DNA of 64,000 bases, taken from an uncultured Desulfarculus sp. GTDB taxonomy: Bacteria; Desulfobacterota; Desulfarculia; Desulfarculales; Desulfarculaceae. A program made the position numbers and the translations under genes. Below are positions 22,452 through 32,094 of the stretch, in pieces (position 1 is the first letter of the stretch; each line of letters starts with the position of its first letter). The DNA lies in the NCBI GenBank assembly GCA_963665125.2, contig CAXXUK010000001.1:3552001-3616000 (forward strand). The letters run 5' to 3'. The notes under the pieces were generated by a model that saw only the letters and a list, made by a program, of their open reading frames with translations, did not search any database and had not been told where the DNA came from.

Positions 22452-23696
22452 CTACTTAGCCACCAACCTGTGATGCTTCTTCTTGCCGGCGCGGAGCCAA
22501 ATGGCGCCGTCGTCGCCGGCCTGGGCCAGGGTGACAAGCTGGTCAAAGGCTGCGATCTTCTCTTCGCCCACATAGGCGCCACCCTGCTGGATCAGCCTGC
22601 GGGCCTCGGAGCTGGACTTGCACAGACCCACCTCGGCGAAGATCTGAAAGGCCGCCACGCCCTCGGTAAGCCGCGCCCTGTCGATTTCCGTGGCCGGTAC
22701 GCCCTCGGAGTCGCCCGCGCCGCCAAAGGCCGCCTGGGCCGCCTTTTCGGCCTCCTGGGCCGCCGCCTCGCCATGGACGACCTTGGTCACCTCGAATGCC
22801 AAAACCCGCTTGGCCTCGTTGATGGCCGCGCCCTCCAGCTTGGCCAGTTCGGCGATTTGCTCCAGGGGCAGGAAGGTAAACAGCTTGAGGAAGCGCTCCA
22901 CGTCGTCGTCGTGGGTGTTCACCCAATACTGGTAAAAATCGTAAACACTGGTGCGCTCGGAATCCAGCCACACGGCCCCGGCATGGGTCTTGCCCATCTT
23001 CTGTCCGGATGCCGTGGTCAGCAGGGGGAAGGTCAGACCGTGAACCGGCTTGGAGTGCATGCGCCGGGTCAGGTCCACGCCCATGACGATGTTGCCCCAC
23101 TGGTCGTTGCCGCCCATCTGGAGCTTGCAGTCCATTTTTCCGGCCAGATACATGAAGTCATAGGCCTGAAGAATCATGTAGTTGAACTCGATGAACGACA
23201 GGCCGCTGTCCTGGTTCAGACGCATCTTCACCGACTCCTGCTGCATCATCCGGTTGACGCTGAAGTGGCGGCCCACGTCGCGCAAGAACTCGATGTAGTT
23301 CAGATCCATCAGCCAGTCGGCGTTATTGAGCATAATTGCGCCGTCCGGGCCGAAGTCCAGAAAACGGCTGAGCTGCTTTTTCAGGGCCTTGGCGTTGCCG
23401 CGCACATCGTCCATGGTCAAAAGCTGACGCATCTCGGTCTTTCCCGAGGGGTCGCCGATCATGCCCGTGCCGCCGCCCACCAAAACCAGGGGCCTGTGCC
23501 CGGCCTTTTGCAGATGCACCAGGCTGAGGATGGGCACCAATGAGCCCACGTGCAGGCTGGTGGCCGTGGGGTCGAATCCGATGTAGGCGCTGACGCGCTC
23601 CTTATCAAACAACTCGCGGAGCTGGGCTTCGTCGGTGCATTGCTCCAGATAACCCCGCGAGGCATAGGTGTCAAAGAGGTTCATTTTCTTGTCCAC
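22452..23696 (-). CDS. tyrS: Tyrosyl-tRNA synthetase
   Basis: GFDPTATSLHVG, QMGGNDQWGN, KMGKT, C-terminal S4 domain. Confidence 0.97.
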   Translation of the reverse strand: MDKKMNLFDTYASRGYLEQCTDEAQLRELFDKERVSAYIGFDPTATSLHVGSLVPILSLVHLQKAGHRPLVLVGGGTGMIGDPSGKTEMRQLLTMDDVRGNAKALKKQLSRFLDFGPDGAIMLNNADWLMDLNYIEFLRDVGRHFSVNRMMQQESVKMRLNQDSGLSFIEFNYMILQAYDFMYLAGKMDCKLQMGGNDQWGNIVMGVDLTRRMHSKPVHGLTFPLLTTASGQKMGKTHAGAVWLDSERTSVYDFYQYWVNTHDDDVERFLKLFTFLPLEQIAELAKLEGAAINEAKRVLAFEVTKVVHGEAAAQEAEKAAQAAFGGAGDSEGVPATEIDRARLTEGVAAFQIFAEVGLCKSSSEARRLIQQGGAYVGEEKIAAFDQLVTLAQAGDDGAIWLRAGKKKHHRLVAK

Positions 23697-23770
23697 TCAT
23701 TTGAAATAGAACAGATTTTGGTTAAACGCCGGGATTCTACCATGAAATGATTAAGGCTTGAAGCGCGGTT

Positions 23771-24559
23771 TTATTCAGCCAGAGGGATATCGATGCGCCG
23801 GATGGCCACGGCCAAGCCGGACTGCTCGTCAATGTCGACGATGGTGGCCTGGAGCCGCTCGTTGCCCTGGCCCACCTGGAAGCGGAAGGGCCGGGCCGTG
23901 GTAAAGCGTTGCATGGCGATCTCCGGGGCAACGCCGATGACCGTGTCATGGGGGCCGGTCATGCCGATATCGCTCTGAAAGGCCGTACCGCCGGGCAGGA
24001 TGCGCTCGTCGGCCGTGGGCACATGGGTGTGGGTGCCCAAAACAGCGGACACCCGGCCGTCCAGGTGCCAGGCCAGGGCCGCCTTTTCGCTGGTGGCCTC
24101 GGCATGAAAATCGATAATCACCGCCGCCGCGCCCTTGAGTGGGCCTTCCAGCAGTTCATCGGCCGCGCGGAAGGGGTCGTCCAGGTTGCTCATGAACACC
24201 CGGCCCTCCAGATTGGCCACGCCCACGGGGATGCCCCCGGCCACGCTCACCACCACCCAGCCCCGGCCCGGCGCGCCTGGCGGGTAATTCTGGGGCCGCA
24301 GCACGTGGGGCTCGTCTTGCAGCAGGCGGTTTACGTCGCGGTGCCGCCAGACGTGGTTGCCCGTGGTGATGACCTCCACCCCGGCCAGGAAAAGTTCTCC
24401 GGCTGTTTCCGGAGTCAGGCCGATGCCTCCCGCCGCGTTTTCACCGTTGGCGACTATCAGATCCGGCTTGTACTCGGCCTTCACGCCGGGCAGCAGTTCC
24501 TGGAGCGTGCGCCGTCCTGGCTGGCCAAAAACGTCGCCTATGTGCAGCACTCGTAGCAT
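23771..24559 (-). CDS. ymdB: YmdB-family metallophosphoesterase
   Basis: GDVFG, NGENAAGG, GNH, DFHAEATSEK, GTHTHV, DIGMTG. Confidence 0.93.
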   Translation of the reverse strand: MLRVLHIGDVFGQPGRRTLQELLPGVKAEYKPDLIVANGENAAGGIGLTPETAGELFLAGVEVITTGNHVWRHRDVNRLLQDEPHVLRPQNYPPGAPGRGWVVVSVAGGIPVGVANLEGRVFMSNLDDPFRAADELLEGPLKGAAAVIIDFHAEATSEKAALAWHLDGRVSAVLGTHTHVPTADERILPGGTAFQSDIGMTGPHDTVIGVAPEIAMQRFTTARPFRFQVGQGNERLQATIVDIDEQSGLAVAIRRIDIPLAE

Positions 24560-24827
24560 ATGCGGTCTTTCCGTTTAATCAATTCCCAATATCATACCGG
24601 CCAATGGTCGGGGTCACAAGCCGATGGGTGAAACAACCAGATGCAACTGCTCATTGAAACCACCGCTCTACAAGCTTTAACATTGTGTTAAGGCGGTCAA
24701 AATCAATACGCCTACGCCACGTTGGTCTTTCCGCAAGCGTTTTGGCCGCCCCCGGTATAAATTTACTTCTCATACCAAATCAATAGGCCGAAACGGACCG
24801 GTGTACTGGGCAAGGAGAGTTCATATC

Positions 24828-25343
24828 ATGTCACGTTGTTTTTCCGCTGGATCAAGCGCGGTTGGCGCTAATAAAAAATTCAACCCCTATCTGGTCTGGA
24901 CCTGTGCGTTTCTGGTCTGCCTGAGCGTTGCCGGCTGGTCCACATCCGCCAAATGCGAGTCCCCGGCAGATCAAAAGGTTTGGACCCTGCTCAGCACCCA
25001 ATGGGACAACGGCAAGCTGCTGGTTAATTTCCGATGCGAAGGCAAGCAACCGGAAATGTCCATCACCGCCGGTGATCCGGCCGGCAACGAGTCAAAGAAG
25101 GCAAAGGCTCTTCCCGGTCAGCTATTCAATTATTTTAAAACCCCCAAACAGCCCACGGGCTATACGCTCAGCTACTTCGGGGTCAGCAGCCACCCAAGCG
25201 AAATTCAGCTTCGCAACGACCTGAATCACGTGCCCATCAGTGGGTATCTGTACATTGAAGGGCGGTTGTCGGCCACCATACCGGGCATCAAACCAAACGC
25301 CAGGGGCCGTTACTCCATCCATTGCCAGGCCTCTCAGCTGTAA
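24828..25343 (+). CDS. Hypothetical exported protein
   Basis: AGGAG RBS, hydrophobic signal-like segment, ends before a shared terminator. Confidence 0.65.
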   Translation: MSRCFSAGSSAVGANKKFNPYLVWTCAFLVCLSVAGWSTSAKCESPADQKVWTLLSTQWDNGKLLVNFRCEGKQPEMSITAGDPAGNESKKAKALPGQLFNYFKTPKQPTGYTLSYFGVSSHPSEIQLRNDLNHVPISGYLYIEGRLSATIPGIKPNARGRYSIHCQASQL

Positions 25344-25368
25344 TCCGGCGACATTCTCTATAAAACAA

Positions 25369-25406
25369 AGCGGGCGGCCCAGAAGTGAGCCGCCCGCTGT
25401 TTTTTT
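25369..25406. terminator. Bidirectional terminator (rny / hypothetical gene)
   Basis: agcgggcggc..gccgcccgct with T and A tails. Confidence 0.8.
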
Positions 25407-25419
25407 ATGTCGCTTGCTT

Positions 25420-26982
25420 TTACTTGGCGTAGTCCACGGCCCTGGTCTCGCGGATCACCGTGACCTTGATCTGGCCGGGATACATCAAGTCGTCCTCGAT
25501 CTGGCGGGCCACGTCCCTGGAGATCATCACCGCGTCGTCGTCGGAGGTGTTTTCGGCCTCCAGGACGATGCGCACCTCGCGTCCGGCCTGGATGGCGTAG
25601 GAGTTGGCCACGCCGTTGTGGGCATTGGCGATTGCTTCCAGATCTTCCAGCCGCTTGACATAGCTCTCGAGCATCTCGCGGCGGGCTCCGGGCCGGGCCC
25701 CGCTAAGGGCGTCGGCGGCCTGCACCAGCACATCGAGCACCGACTCCGGTGGCACGTCCTCGTGGTGCGCGCCGATGGCGTGGACGATGTGCGGCTTCTC
25801 ATTGAAGCGCTTGGCCAGGTCCTGGCCGATAACGGCATGGGGGCCTTCGATCTCGTGGTCCACGGCCTTGCCGATATCGTGCAACAACCCGGCCCGGCGG
25901 GCCTGCTTGGGATTGATGCCCAGCTCCGAGGCCATGATCCCCGAAAGGAAGGCCACCTCAACCGAATGTTGCAACACGTTTTGGCTGTAGGAGGAACGGT
26001 AACGCAGACGGCCCAGAAGCTTGACCAACTCCGGATGAATGCCGTGCACGCCCACGTCAAAGGTGGCCTGCTCTCCGGCCTCCTTGATGCTGGCTTCCAC
26101 CTCGACGGTGACCTTCTTGACGATCTCCTCGATGCGGGCCGGATGGATCCGCCCATCGGAGATAAGCCGCTCCAGGCTCAGCCGGGCGATCTCCCGGCGC
26201 ATGGGGTTGAACCCGCTGATGATCACCGCCTCGGGCGTGTCGTCGATAATCAGGTCTATGCCGCAGGCGGCCTCGATGGCCCGGATGTTGCGGCCCTCCC
26301 GGCCGATGATACGGCCCTTCATCTCGTCGTTGGGCAGGTTGACGACGCTGACCGTCTTTTCCACGGCATAGTCGCCCGCATAACGCTTGCAGGCCAGGGC
26401 CAGGATTTCCTGGGACTTCTTGGCCGCCGTTTCCTTGGCCTCGGTTTCGATGCGGCGCACGGTCTTGGCCGCCTCGTGGCGGGCTTCGGACAATATGGCT
26501 TCCTCGAGCTGAGTCTTGGCCTCCTCCTGGGTCAGTCCGGCGACCTTTTCCAAGATCTCCTTTTGCTTGTCGAACAGCTCGTCCATTTCCCGTTTTTTGC
26601 TATCCAGGTGTTTTTCCTTGTCGCCTACGGATGTCTCCCGGCGGCTCAGATCCTTTTCCCGGACTTCCATGGTCTCGGCGCGTTTGTCCAACAATTCTTC
26701 GCGCTGGTTCAGGCGCTTTTCCAAGCCCGCGAATTCGCTGCGCCGTTCCTTGCTCTCGCTTTCAAACTCCAGCTTCATTTGGATGAGCTGGTCCTTGGCC
26801 TGAATCAAGGCCTCTTTTTTCAGGGTGTCTGCTTCGCGGCGGGCATCATCAACAATTTTCTGGCTCATGTCCGTGACGGACTGAAGCCTGGCCGCCGCCT
26901 GTTTTTTGCGGAAAATGTATCCGGCTGCCGCACCGCCGAACAAAGCGATGAACACGCCGAACACAAAGATAATTTCGCCCAT
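25420..26982 (-). CDS. rny: Ribonuclease Y
   Basis: N-terminal TM, coiled coil, KH ([13 protein letters not shown]), HD (LLHDIGK), [14 protein letters not shown]. Confidence 0.97.
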   Translation of the reverse strand: MGEIIFVFGVFIALFGGAAAGYIFRKKQAAARLQSVTDMSQKIVDDARREADTLKKEALIQAKDQLIQMKLEFESESKERRSEFAGLEKRLNQREELLDKRAETMEVREKDLSRRETSVGDKEKHLDSKKREMDELFDKQKEILEKVAGLTQEEAKTQLEEAILSEARHEAAKTVRRIETEAKETAAKKSQEILALACKRYAGDYAVEKTVSVVNLPNDEMKGRIIGREGRNIRAIEAACGIDLIIDDTPEAVIISGFNPMRREIARLSLERLISDGRIHPARIEEIVKKVTVEVEASIKEAGEQATFDVGVHGIHPELVKLLGRLRYRSSYSQNVLQHSVEVAFLSGIMASELGINPKQARRAGLLHDIGKAVDHEIEGPHAVIGQDLAKRFNEKPHIVHAIGAHHEDVPPESVLDVLVQAADALSGARPGARREMLESYVKRLEDLEAIANAHNGVANSYAIQAGREVRIVLEAENTSDDDAVMISRDVARQIEDDLMYPGQIKVTVIRETRAVDYAK

Positions 26983-27312
26983 TTGGCCTCCTTGATATTT
27001 CCAAGGAGGTTAAGGCCTTGCGCTGGTTTGTAGGCGCTTTTGCAGCCAGTTGGCCACCTTACACGCCATTCGTATAGGTTATTTCCTGCGGGTCTGTCGT
27101 CTTGCCGGCAGATTATCGTATTGTAATATGTCTACCAAGTGCCGGGTGCCGTAAACACGGACTGCAACTCATAATCCGCGTTTCGGCCAAGGCCGACGTC
27201 GATGCCCTGATTGTTATCATCGGCGCCGGCCGGGCCGGGTGCTTCAGACGAAGAAAGGCCTTGGTCTTTTGCCTATCCCCGCATAATGGGAGCCGGTTTA
27301 GGGCTCCAAAAT

Positions 27313-27490
27313 GTCCCCGCTTCTGCCGTGTGGCGAGATAGTTTTGAACCTGTCTGTACAGGTGGGCCGGGCGTGAGTCCGGTTCGGGCATCCCTTAAAG
27401 GCGCCGCCTCCGTATCTCAGGGGCATTCGGCCCATTAAAAAAGTGTTGGCTCAAAAATGTTGCTCGCCTAGCCACGCACAGAGCAGGGAT
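27313..27490 (-). ncRNA. ssrS: 6S RNA
   Basis: About 178-nt rod right after zapA; 5' tccctgctctgtgcgtg pairs with 3' cacacggcagaagcgggga; ttgagcc/ggttcaa internal motifs; conserved zapA-ssrS synteny. Confidence 0.85.
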
Positions 27491-27494
27491 TAAC

Positions 27495-27773
27495 CTATTC
27501 TACGGCCTGCTCGATCTTTTGCAGGAGCCGCTGCGCTCTGACCTCAATCTCCCTCAACAAGCTCTCTTTTTCATCCTTCAAAACGAGAAGCTCGCTGGTG
27601 ACGTTCAGGGCAGCCAGAACAGTTGCTGATAGCGTCGAGGATGTTGTCGTCTGGGATAAAACCTCGTTCAACCGGTCATCCAAGTAACCAGCAGCGCGCC
27701 GGACCTGGGCCTCTCCCCTGTCCGATCGCAGCAAATACTCTTTGCCTAATATTTCAACCTTGACGCCGGCCAT
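27495..27773 (-). CDS. zapA: Cell division protein ZapA
   Basis: VEILGKEY..AAGYLD..VLAALN pattern, 92 aa. Confidence 0.9.
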   Translation of the reverse strand: MAGVKVEILGKEYLLRSDRGEAQVRRAAGYLDDRLNEVLSQTTTSSTLSATVLAALNVTSELLVLKDEKESLLREIEVRAQRLLQKIEQAVE

Positions 27774-27787
27774 CCTATAGACCGCCG

Positions 27788-28006
27788 CTACACCTGTTCC
27801 AGTTTGGCTACCAGTTTTTCTATTCTCTGCCGCACCTGCTCTCTTTCGGCCTCCATGGAGGTGACTTTTTGCTTCAGCTCAGCCACCTCATCGTCGTGTT
27901 CCTCGATGAGTTTTATCAGCTCCGAGTTCTCTTCCTTCAGTGATGCGAGCCGATTCAGCAGTGCCTCGACTTTTTCTTCAAGGCGTAAAAATACGGCAAC
28001 TTCCAT
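27788..28006 (-). CDS. zapB: ZapB-like coiled-coil protein
   Basis: 72-aa pure coiled coil (LEEKVEALL..LKEEN) directly upstream of zapA. Confidence 0.8.
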   Translation of the reverse strand: MEVAVFLRLEEKVEALLNRLASLKEENSELIKLIEEHDDEVAELKQKVTSMEAEREQVRQRIEKLVAKLEQV

Positions 28007-28034
28007 TGGTTCTAGTGCCTCGTTCCTAGCTTAC

Positions 28035-28063
28035 AATTTATGGCAACGGCTGTTACCGGTCAA
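28035..28063 (-). promoter_or_regulatory. Sigma-70 promoter of zapB-zapA-ssrS-rny
   Basis: TTGACC-17bp-TAAATT. Confidence 0.55.
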
Positions 28064-28166
28064 TAGTTTTGTAGAGTTTACGTTATTTTATCCAGATTAT
28101 TGACAAGTGGCTATAGGGTAATCGCACTATGTGACATCGTTTGTTCACCCAAGGCCATTCTACCTG

Positions 28167-28589
28167 TCAATCCCCTATCAGCCTTTTTCCCATTACCTGA
28201 ACCTCACTTGGTTCATATTTCAAAGACTCATAGAAGGCAATAACTGGAAGATTGGTTGTCCTGATCATCACGTTGATCTTTGGGCACCCAATATTGAGCA
28301 ATTGTTCCTCGGCTTGTTTCATCAGCCTCGACCCGGCGCCCTTGGACCGGCAATCGGGGTGAACGGCAAGATAGTAGATGTTGCCCCTGTGTCCGTCATA
28401 TCCGAACATCGCCGAACCGATTATTTCCTGTTTTTCGTTTTCCATGACCAGGAATTGGGATGGTGAGTCGGCAAGCTTTCTGTCTATATCCTTTGCCGGA
28501 TCGTTCCAGGGCCGCGTCAGTCCGCATTCATTCCACAACAAAACGACCCGGTTTCTATCGCACTGATCGGAATACGGTCTGATTTTCAC
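28167..28589 (-). CDS. GNAT acetyltransferase (YpeA-like)
   Basis: LTRPWNDP, GYDGHRG, YLAVHP..RSKGAG, GCPKIN, FYESL; GTG start after GGAGG. Confidence 0.88.
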   Translation of the reverse strand: MKIRPYSDQCDRNRVVLLWNECGLTRPWNDPAKDIDRKLADSPSQFLVMENEKQEIIGSAMFGYDGHRGNIYYLAVHPDCRSKGAGSRLMKQAEEQLLNIGCPKINVMIRTTNLPVIAFYESLKYEPSEVQVMGKRLIGD

Positions 28590-28603
28590 TTTGTTCCTCC
28601 GGA

Positions 28604-28722
28604 CACCTGACCTGCGAGGCGATAGCTCGCTACGGCAAAGCCGATCGCTCCCAACGGGCGCTGGCTATCGTGAATTATTAGGCCAGGCCGGAACACCGGT
28701 CAGGTGGAGGTGGTTGTTCCGC
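28604..28722 (-). repeat. Degenerate attC-like / cassette-associated inverted-repeat element
   Basis: GCGGAAC-N5-CTCCACCTGACC just after the cupin stop, cacctgacc/ggtcaggtg inverted repeat, 47-bp core repeated at 29126-29172; no GTTRRRY at the 3' end. Confidence 0.45.
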
Positions 28723-28725
28723 CGT

Positions 28726-29085
28726 TCACCCATCCGAGCTATCAATGAACATTTCCGATTTGAGGTCGAATGATGGTGTATGCACGAGGCAAACCCGTGC
28801 CTCTTTCGACTCCCGGTTCAGATAAGAAAAATGCTGTCCCCGTAACACAACACAGAAGTCCCCCGTTGATAGAACATATTGCTCTCCATCAAGAGTGAAC
28901 TCAACTTTTCCGGCCACTACATAATAATATTTATCGGAGCGCTTTGACCAAGACTCTGCATGCGCGGCCCCTGGTGGTACGGTAATGACGGCAAATGAGG
29001 ACCCAACATCCATTTTGGATGTATAGTCCATAATCTGTAATCCATCAAAATCGATAGGGTCCACCGTGGATCGTTTAACAATCAT
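28726..29085 (-). CDS. Cupin-domain protein
   Basis: VPPGAAHAES..DKYYYVVAG..GDFCVV..HFSYLN cupin pattern; likely start MIVKRS at 29085. Confidence 0.82.
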   Translation of the reverse strand: MIVKRSTVDPIDFDGLQIMDYTSKMDVGSSFAVITVPPGAAHAESWSKRSDKYYYVVAGKVEFTLDGEQYVLSTGDFCVVLRGQHFSYLNRESKEARVCLVHTPSFDLKSEMFIDSSDG

Positions 29086-29396
29086 TTTTTCCACTTTACT
29101 ATCGCTTGCCTCTGCGGGCTTCTGCCCTGCGAGGCGCTTGCTCGTGCCGACAGAGCCGGTCCCTCGCAACGGACATTTGCTACGCGCAATGTCCGGCCCG
29201 GACATCCTGTCCGGGGCCGAGTAGACAGGCTGTAAACTAATCCATGCGCCGCACGGACAACAGGAGCTGTCACCCAAAAGCAGCGCCGCTGGCCATCCTG
29301 GCCGGGGATTGAGGTCGAGCTCAGCAAATTCAACAAGCCGCTTTACATGAAGCGGCATCGCTACTCAAATTATTAGCGCCTTCTTTGATCCGGCTT

Positions 29397-31232
29397 TTAT
29401 TCCACGGTCACGCTTTTGGCCAGGTTGCGCGGCTGGTCCACATCCGTGCCGCGGAGGACGGCCACGTGGTAGGCCAATAGCTGAAGCGGGGTGACCATGG
29501 TCACCGGGGCCAGCATGGGCGGCGTATGGGGCACGAAGATCACGTCGTCGGCCAAAGCCTGGGCCAAGGAATTGTCTTCCTCGGTCACGGCGATGAGCCT
29601 GCCTCCCCTGGCCCGCACCTCTTCCATGTTGGAGAGCACCTTTTCCAGCACATCGGTCTGGTTGGCCAACACCACCACCGGCATGGCGTCGTCGATCAGG
29701 GCGATTGGTCCGTGCTTCATCTCGCCGGCCGGGTAGCCTTCTGCATGGATATAGCTGATTTCCTTGAGTTTAAGCGCTCCCTCCAGGGCGATGGGATAGC
29801 ACACGCCCCGGCCAAGGAACAGGAAGTCCTGGGCCCCGCAATAGCACTCGGCCACGGCGATGACCTCTTTTTCGTGCTCCAGCGCCCCCTGGACCAGTCC
29901 CGGTAGCTGCACCAGCTGCTCCACCAGGGCCAGGGCTTTGGCCTCATCCACCACGCCCCTCAGGCGTCCCATATACAGGGCCAGGGTGTACAGGGCCATA
30001 AGCTGGGTGGTGAAGGCCTTGGTGGAGGCCACGCCGATTTCCGGCCCGGCGTGGGTGTAGATCACACCGCTGGTTTCGCGGGTCAGGGTCGAGCCCACCA
30101 CGTTGCAGATGCTCAGGCCCAGGGCGCCCTTGCCCGTGGCCTCGCGCACCGCGGCCAGAGTGTCGGCCGTCTCGCCGGACTGGCTGATGGCCACCACTAT
30201 ATCACCGGGTCCCACCAGCGGGTCCCGGTAACGGAACTCCGAGCCCAGGTCCACCTCGGTGGGCATGCGCACCAGGTTCTCGAAGATGAACTTGGCCACC
30301 AGGGCCGCGTGCCAGCTGGTGCCGCAGGCCAACAAAACCATGCGCTTGGCGTTTTTTATCTGCTCGGCGCCCAGGCCGATATCGGCCAGGAACACATCCG
30401 GCGAACCGGGCTTGATCCTGCCGGTGAGGGTGTCGGTCAGGGCCCTGGGCTGCTCGAAGATCTCTTTTTGCATGAAATGGCGGTAGCCGGCCTTTTCGGC
30501 CATGGCCGGGGACCAGCTTATGGTCGAGACCTCATGCTCCACCGCATTTCCGTGCAAGTCCGTGATGGCGTAGCCGCCGTCCCGAACCACCACCATGTCT
30601 CCGTCATTGAGAAACACCACCCTATTGGTGTGAGCCAGAAACGCCGGCACATCCGAGGCCAGGAAAAATTCGCCTTCCTCGCCCAGGCCAAGGATCAGGG
30701 GCGAATCCTTGCGCGCGCCGATCATCATGCCCGTTTCCCGGCGGTCCAGGATAACCAGGGCGAAAGACCCGCGAATCTGATTCAATGCCAGGCGCACGGC
30801 GTCGGGAAGGTCCCCGGCTCCGTTTTGCAGCTCATACTCGATTAGATGGGCCGCTATCTCGGTGTCGGTCTCGGAGCTGAACTTGTGGCCCTTGGCCAAC
30901 AACTCCCGCTTGAGTTCGAGGTAATTTTCAATGATGCCGTTGTGGACCACGGCCACGTCGCCGGCCAGATGAGGGTGGGCGTTTTGTTCGCTGGGCTTGC
31001 CGTGGGTGGCCCAACGGGTGTGGCCCATGCCCAATGTGCCGTCTACGGGCTCTTCCCGCAATTTTTTACGCAGGCCGGCAAGCTTGCCTTCGGCCCGCCG
31101 CACCATGAAATCACCCTCATTAATTACGGCCAGGCCGGCCGAATCGTATCCCCGGTATTCCAGGCGGCTCAGGCCGTCCATAATCACATCCACCGGGTCC
31201 ATTGGCCCGATATAGCCGATAATGCCGCACAT
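29397..31232 (-). CDS. glmS: Glutamine--fructose-6-phosphate aminotransferase
   Basis: MCGIIG, LEYRGYDSAG, GHTRWATHG, SQSGET, QPRNLAKSVTVE. Confidence 0.98.
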   Translation of the reverse strand: MCGIIGYIGPMDPVDVIMDGLSRLEYRGYDSAGLAVINEGDFMVRRAEGKLAGLRKKLREEPVDGTLGMGHTRWATHGKPSEQNAHPHLAGDVAVVHNGIIENYLELKRELLAKGHKFSSETDTEIAAHLIEYELQNGAGDLPDAVRLALNQIRGSFALVILDRRETGMMIGARKDSPLILGLGEEGEFFLASDVPAFLAHTNRVVFLNDGDMVVVRDGGYAITDLHGNAVEHEVSTISWSPAMAEKAGYRHFMQKEIFEQPRALTDTLTGRIKPGSPDVFLADIGLGAEQIKNAKRMVLLACGTSWHAALVAKFIFENLVRMPTEVDLGSEFRYRDPLVGPGDIVVAISQSGETADTLAAVREATGKGALGLSICNVVGSTLTRETSGVIYTHAGPEIGVASTKAFTTQLMALYTLALYMGRLRGVVDEAKALALVEQLVQLPGLVQGALEHEKEVIAVAECYCGAQDFLFLGRGVCYPIALEGALKLKEISYIHAEGYPAGEMKHGPIALIDDAMPVVVLANQTDVLEKVLSNMEEVRARGGRLIAVTEEDNSLAQALADDVIFVPHTPPMLAPVTMVTPLQLLAYHVAVLRGTDVDQPRNLAKSVTVE

Positions 31233-31235
31233 ATT

Positions 31236-32003
31236 CTATGCTCCCGCGGCGCTCAAACGCCGCTCATACTCCGCCAACTCTTCCTTGGAGTTGATCCCGG
31301 CCACTTCCTGCGGATCAGGGCAGACCATATAGCCGACCTTCAGTCCCATGCCCCTGAATATCCCGGCCATGTCCGTCAGGTAATACTCTTTTTGATCGTT
31401 CTGCGTTCCCAGCTTGTCCAGGTTGCCTAAAAGCGGCTCGGCCTGGAATGCGTATATCCCCGAGTTTACCAGGCGCACCCGCAATTGTTCGGGCGTTGCG
31501 TCTCGGGCCTCGACAATGGCCTCCAGGTCTCCATCGCCCAGGGTTATCAACCGGCCATAGGCGCCCGGCTCATCGAACTCCATTCCCAGCACGGTCATGG
31601 CATTGTTTCGGCGATGATGCTCCGCCAACAAATCGCGGCAGGTCTCCAGGCGCAGGCCCGGCACATCGCCATAGAGAACCAGCACGTCACCTTGGAATCC
31701 GGCCAGGTTTTCCCGGGCGGCCATCACCGCATGGCCTGTTCCCAGTTGGGGCACTTGCAAGGCAAAATCAATTTCGGGCTCATTCCTGAATTTTTCTTTT
31801 ACCAGATCGGCGCCGTGACCAACCACGGCCACGGTCCGCACCGCATTGAGCCCCTTGGCCAAATCAAGGACATGGGCCAACAGCGGACGTCCCGCCAGAT
31901 CGTGCAGGACTTTGGGCAGATCCGATTTCATGCGGGTGCCCTTGCCCGCGGCCAGAATCAATACGGCAAGCTGTTTTTCGTTAGTTGCCCCTTGGGTCAT
32001 CAA
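31236..32003 (-). CDS. glmU: GlmU N-terminal uridyltransferase domain only
   Basis: LAAGKGTRMKS, PKVLH, QLGTGHA, YGDVP, EYYLTD, GINS; stops at 255 aa with no hexapeptide domain. Confidence 0.85.
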   Translation of the reverse strand: MMTQGATNEKQLAVLILAAGKGTRMKSDLPKVLHDLAGRPLLAHVLDLAKGLNAVRTVAVVGHGADLVKEKFRNEPEIDFALQVPQLGTGHAVMAARENLAGFQGDVLVLYGDVPGLRLETCRDLLAEHHRRNNAMTVLGMEFDEPGAYGRLITLGDGDLEAIVEARDATPEQLRVRLVNSGIYAFQAEPLLGNLDKLGTQNDQKEYYLTDMAGIFRGMGLKVGYMVCPDPQEVAGINSKEELAEYERRLSAAGA

Positions 32004-32094
32004 TTATCGTTCCTTCTGCTGTATACAACACCACATGCGGCCAAGGATAACACCGTAACCGCTCCTTAAGAAGGTTTTTCAATTGAGATTTTTG

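Noticed and set aside
21536..22473. ORFs of 180-245 aa in the plsC-tyrS gap
   Set aside because: Overlapping frames, Pro/Arg/Gly-rich, no motifs; explained by GC-rich palindromes
29086..29358. N-terminal extension of the 210-aa cupin ORF
   Set aside because: It runs through palindromic repeat DNA; the cupin domain starts at 29085
29340..29450. Tn7 insertion at glmS
   Set aside because: The target sequence is present, but no tns genes or recognisable TGT..ACA ends with TnsB sites were seen
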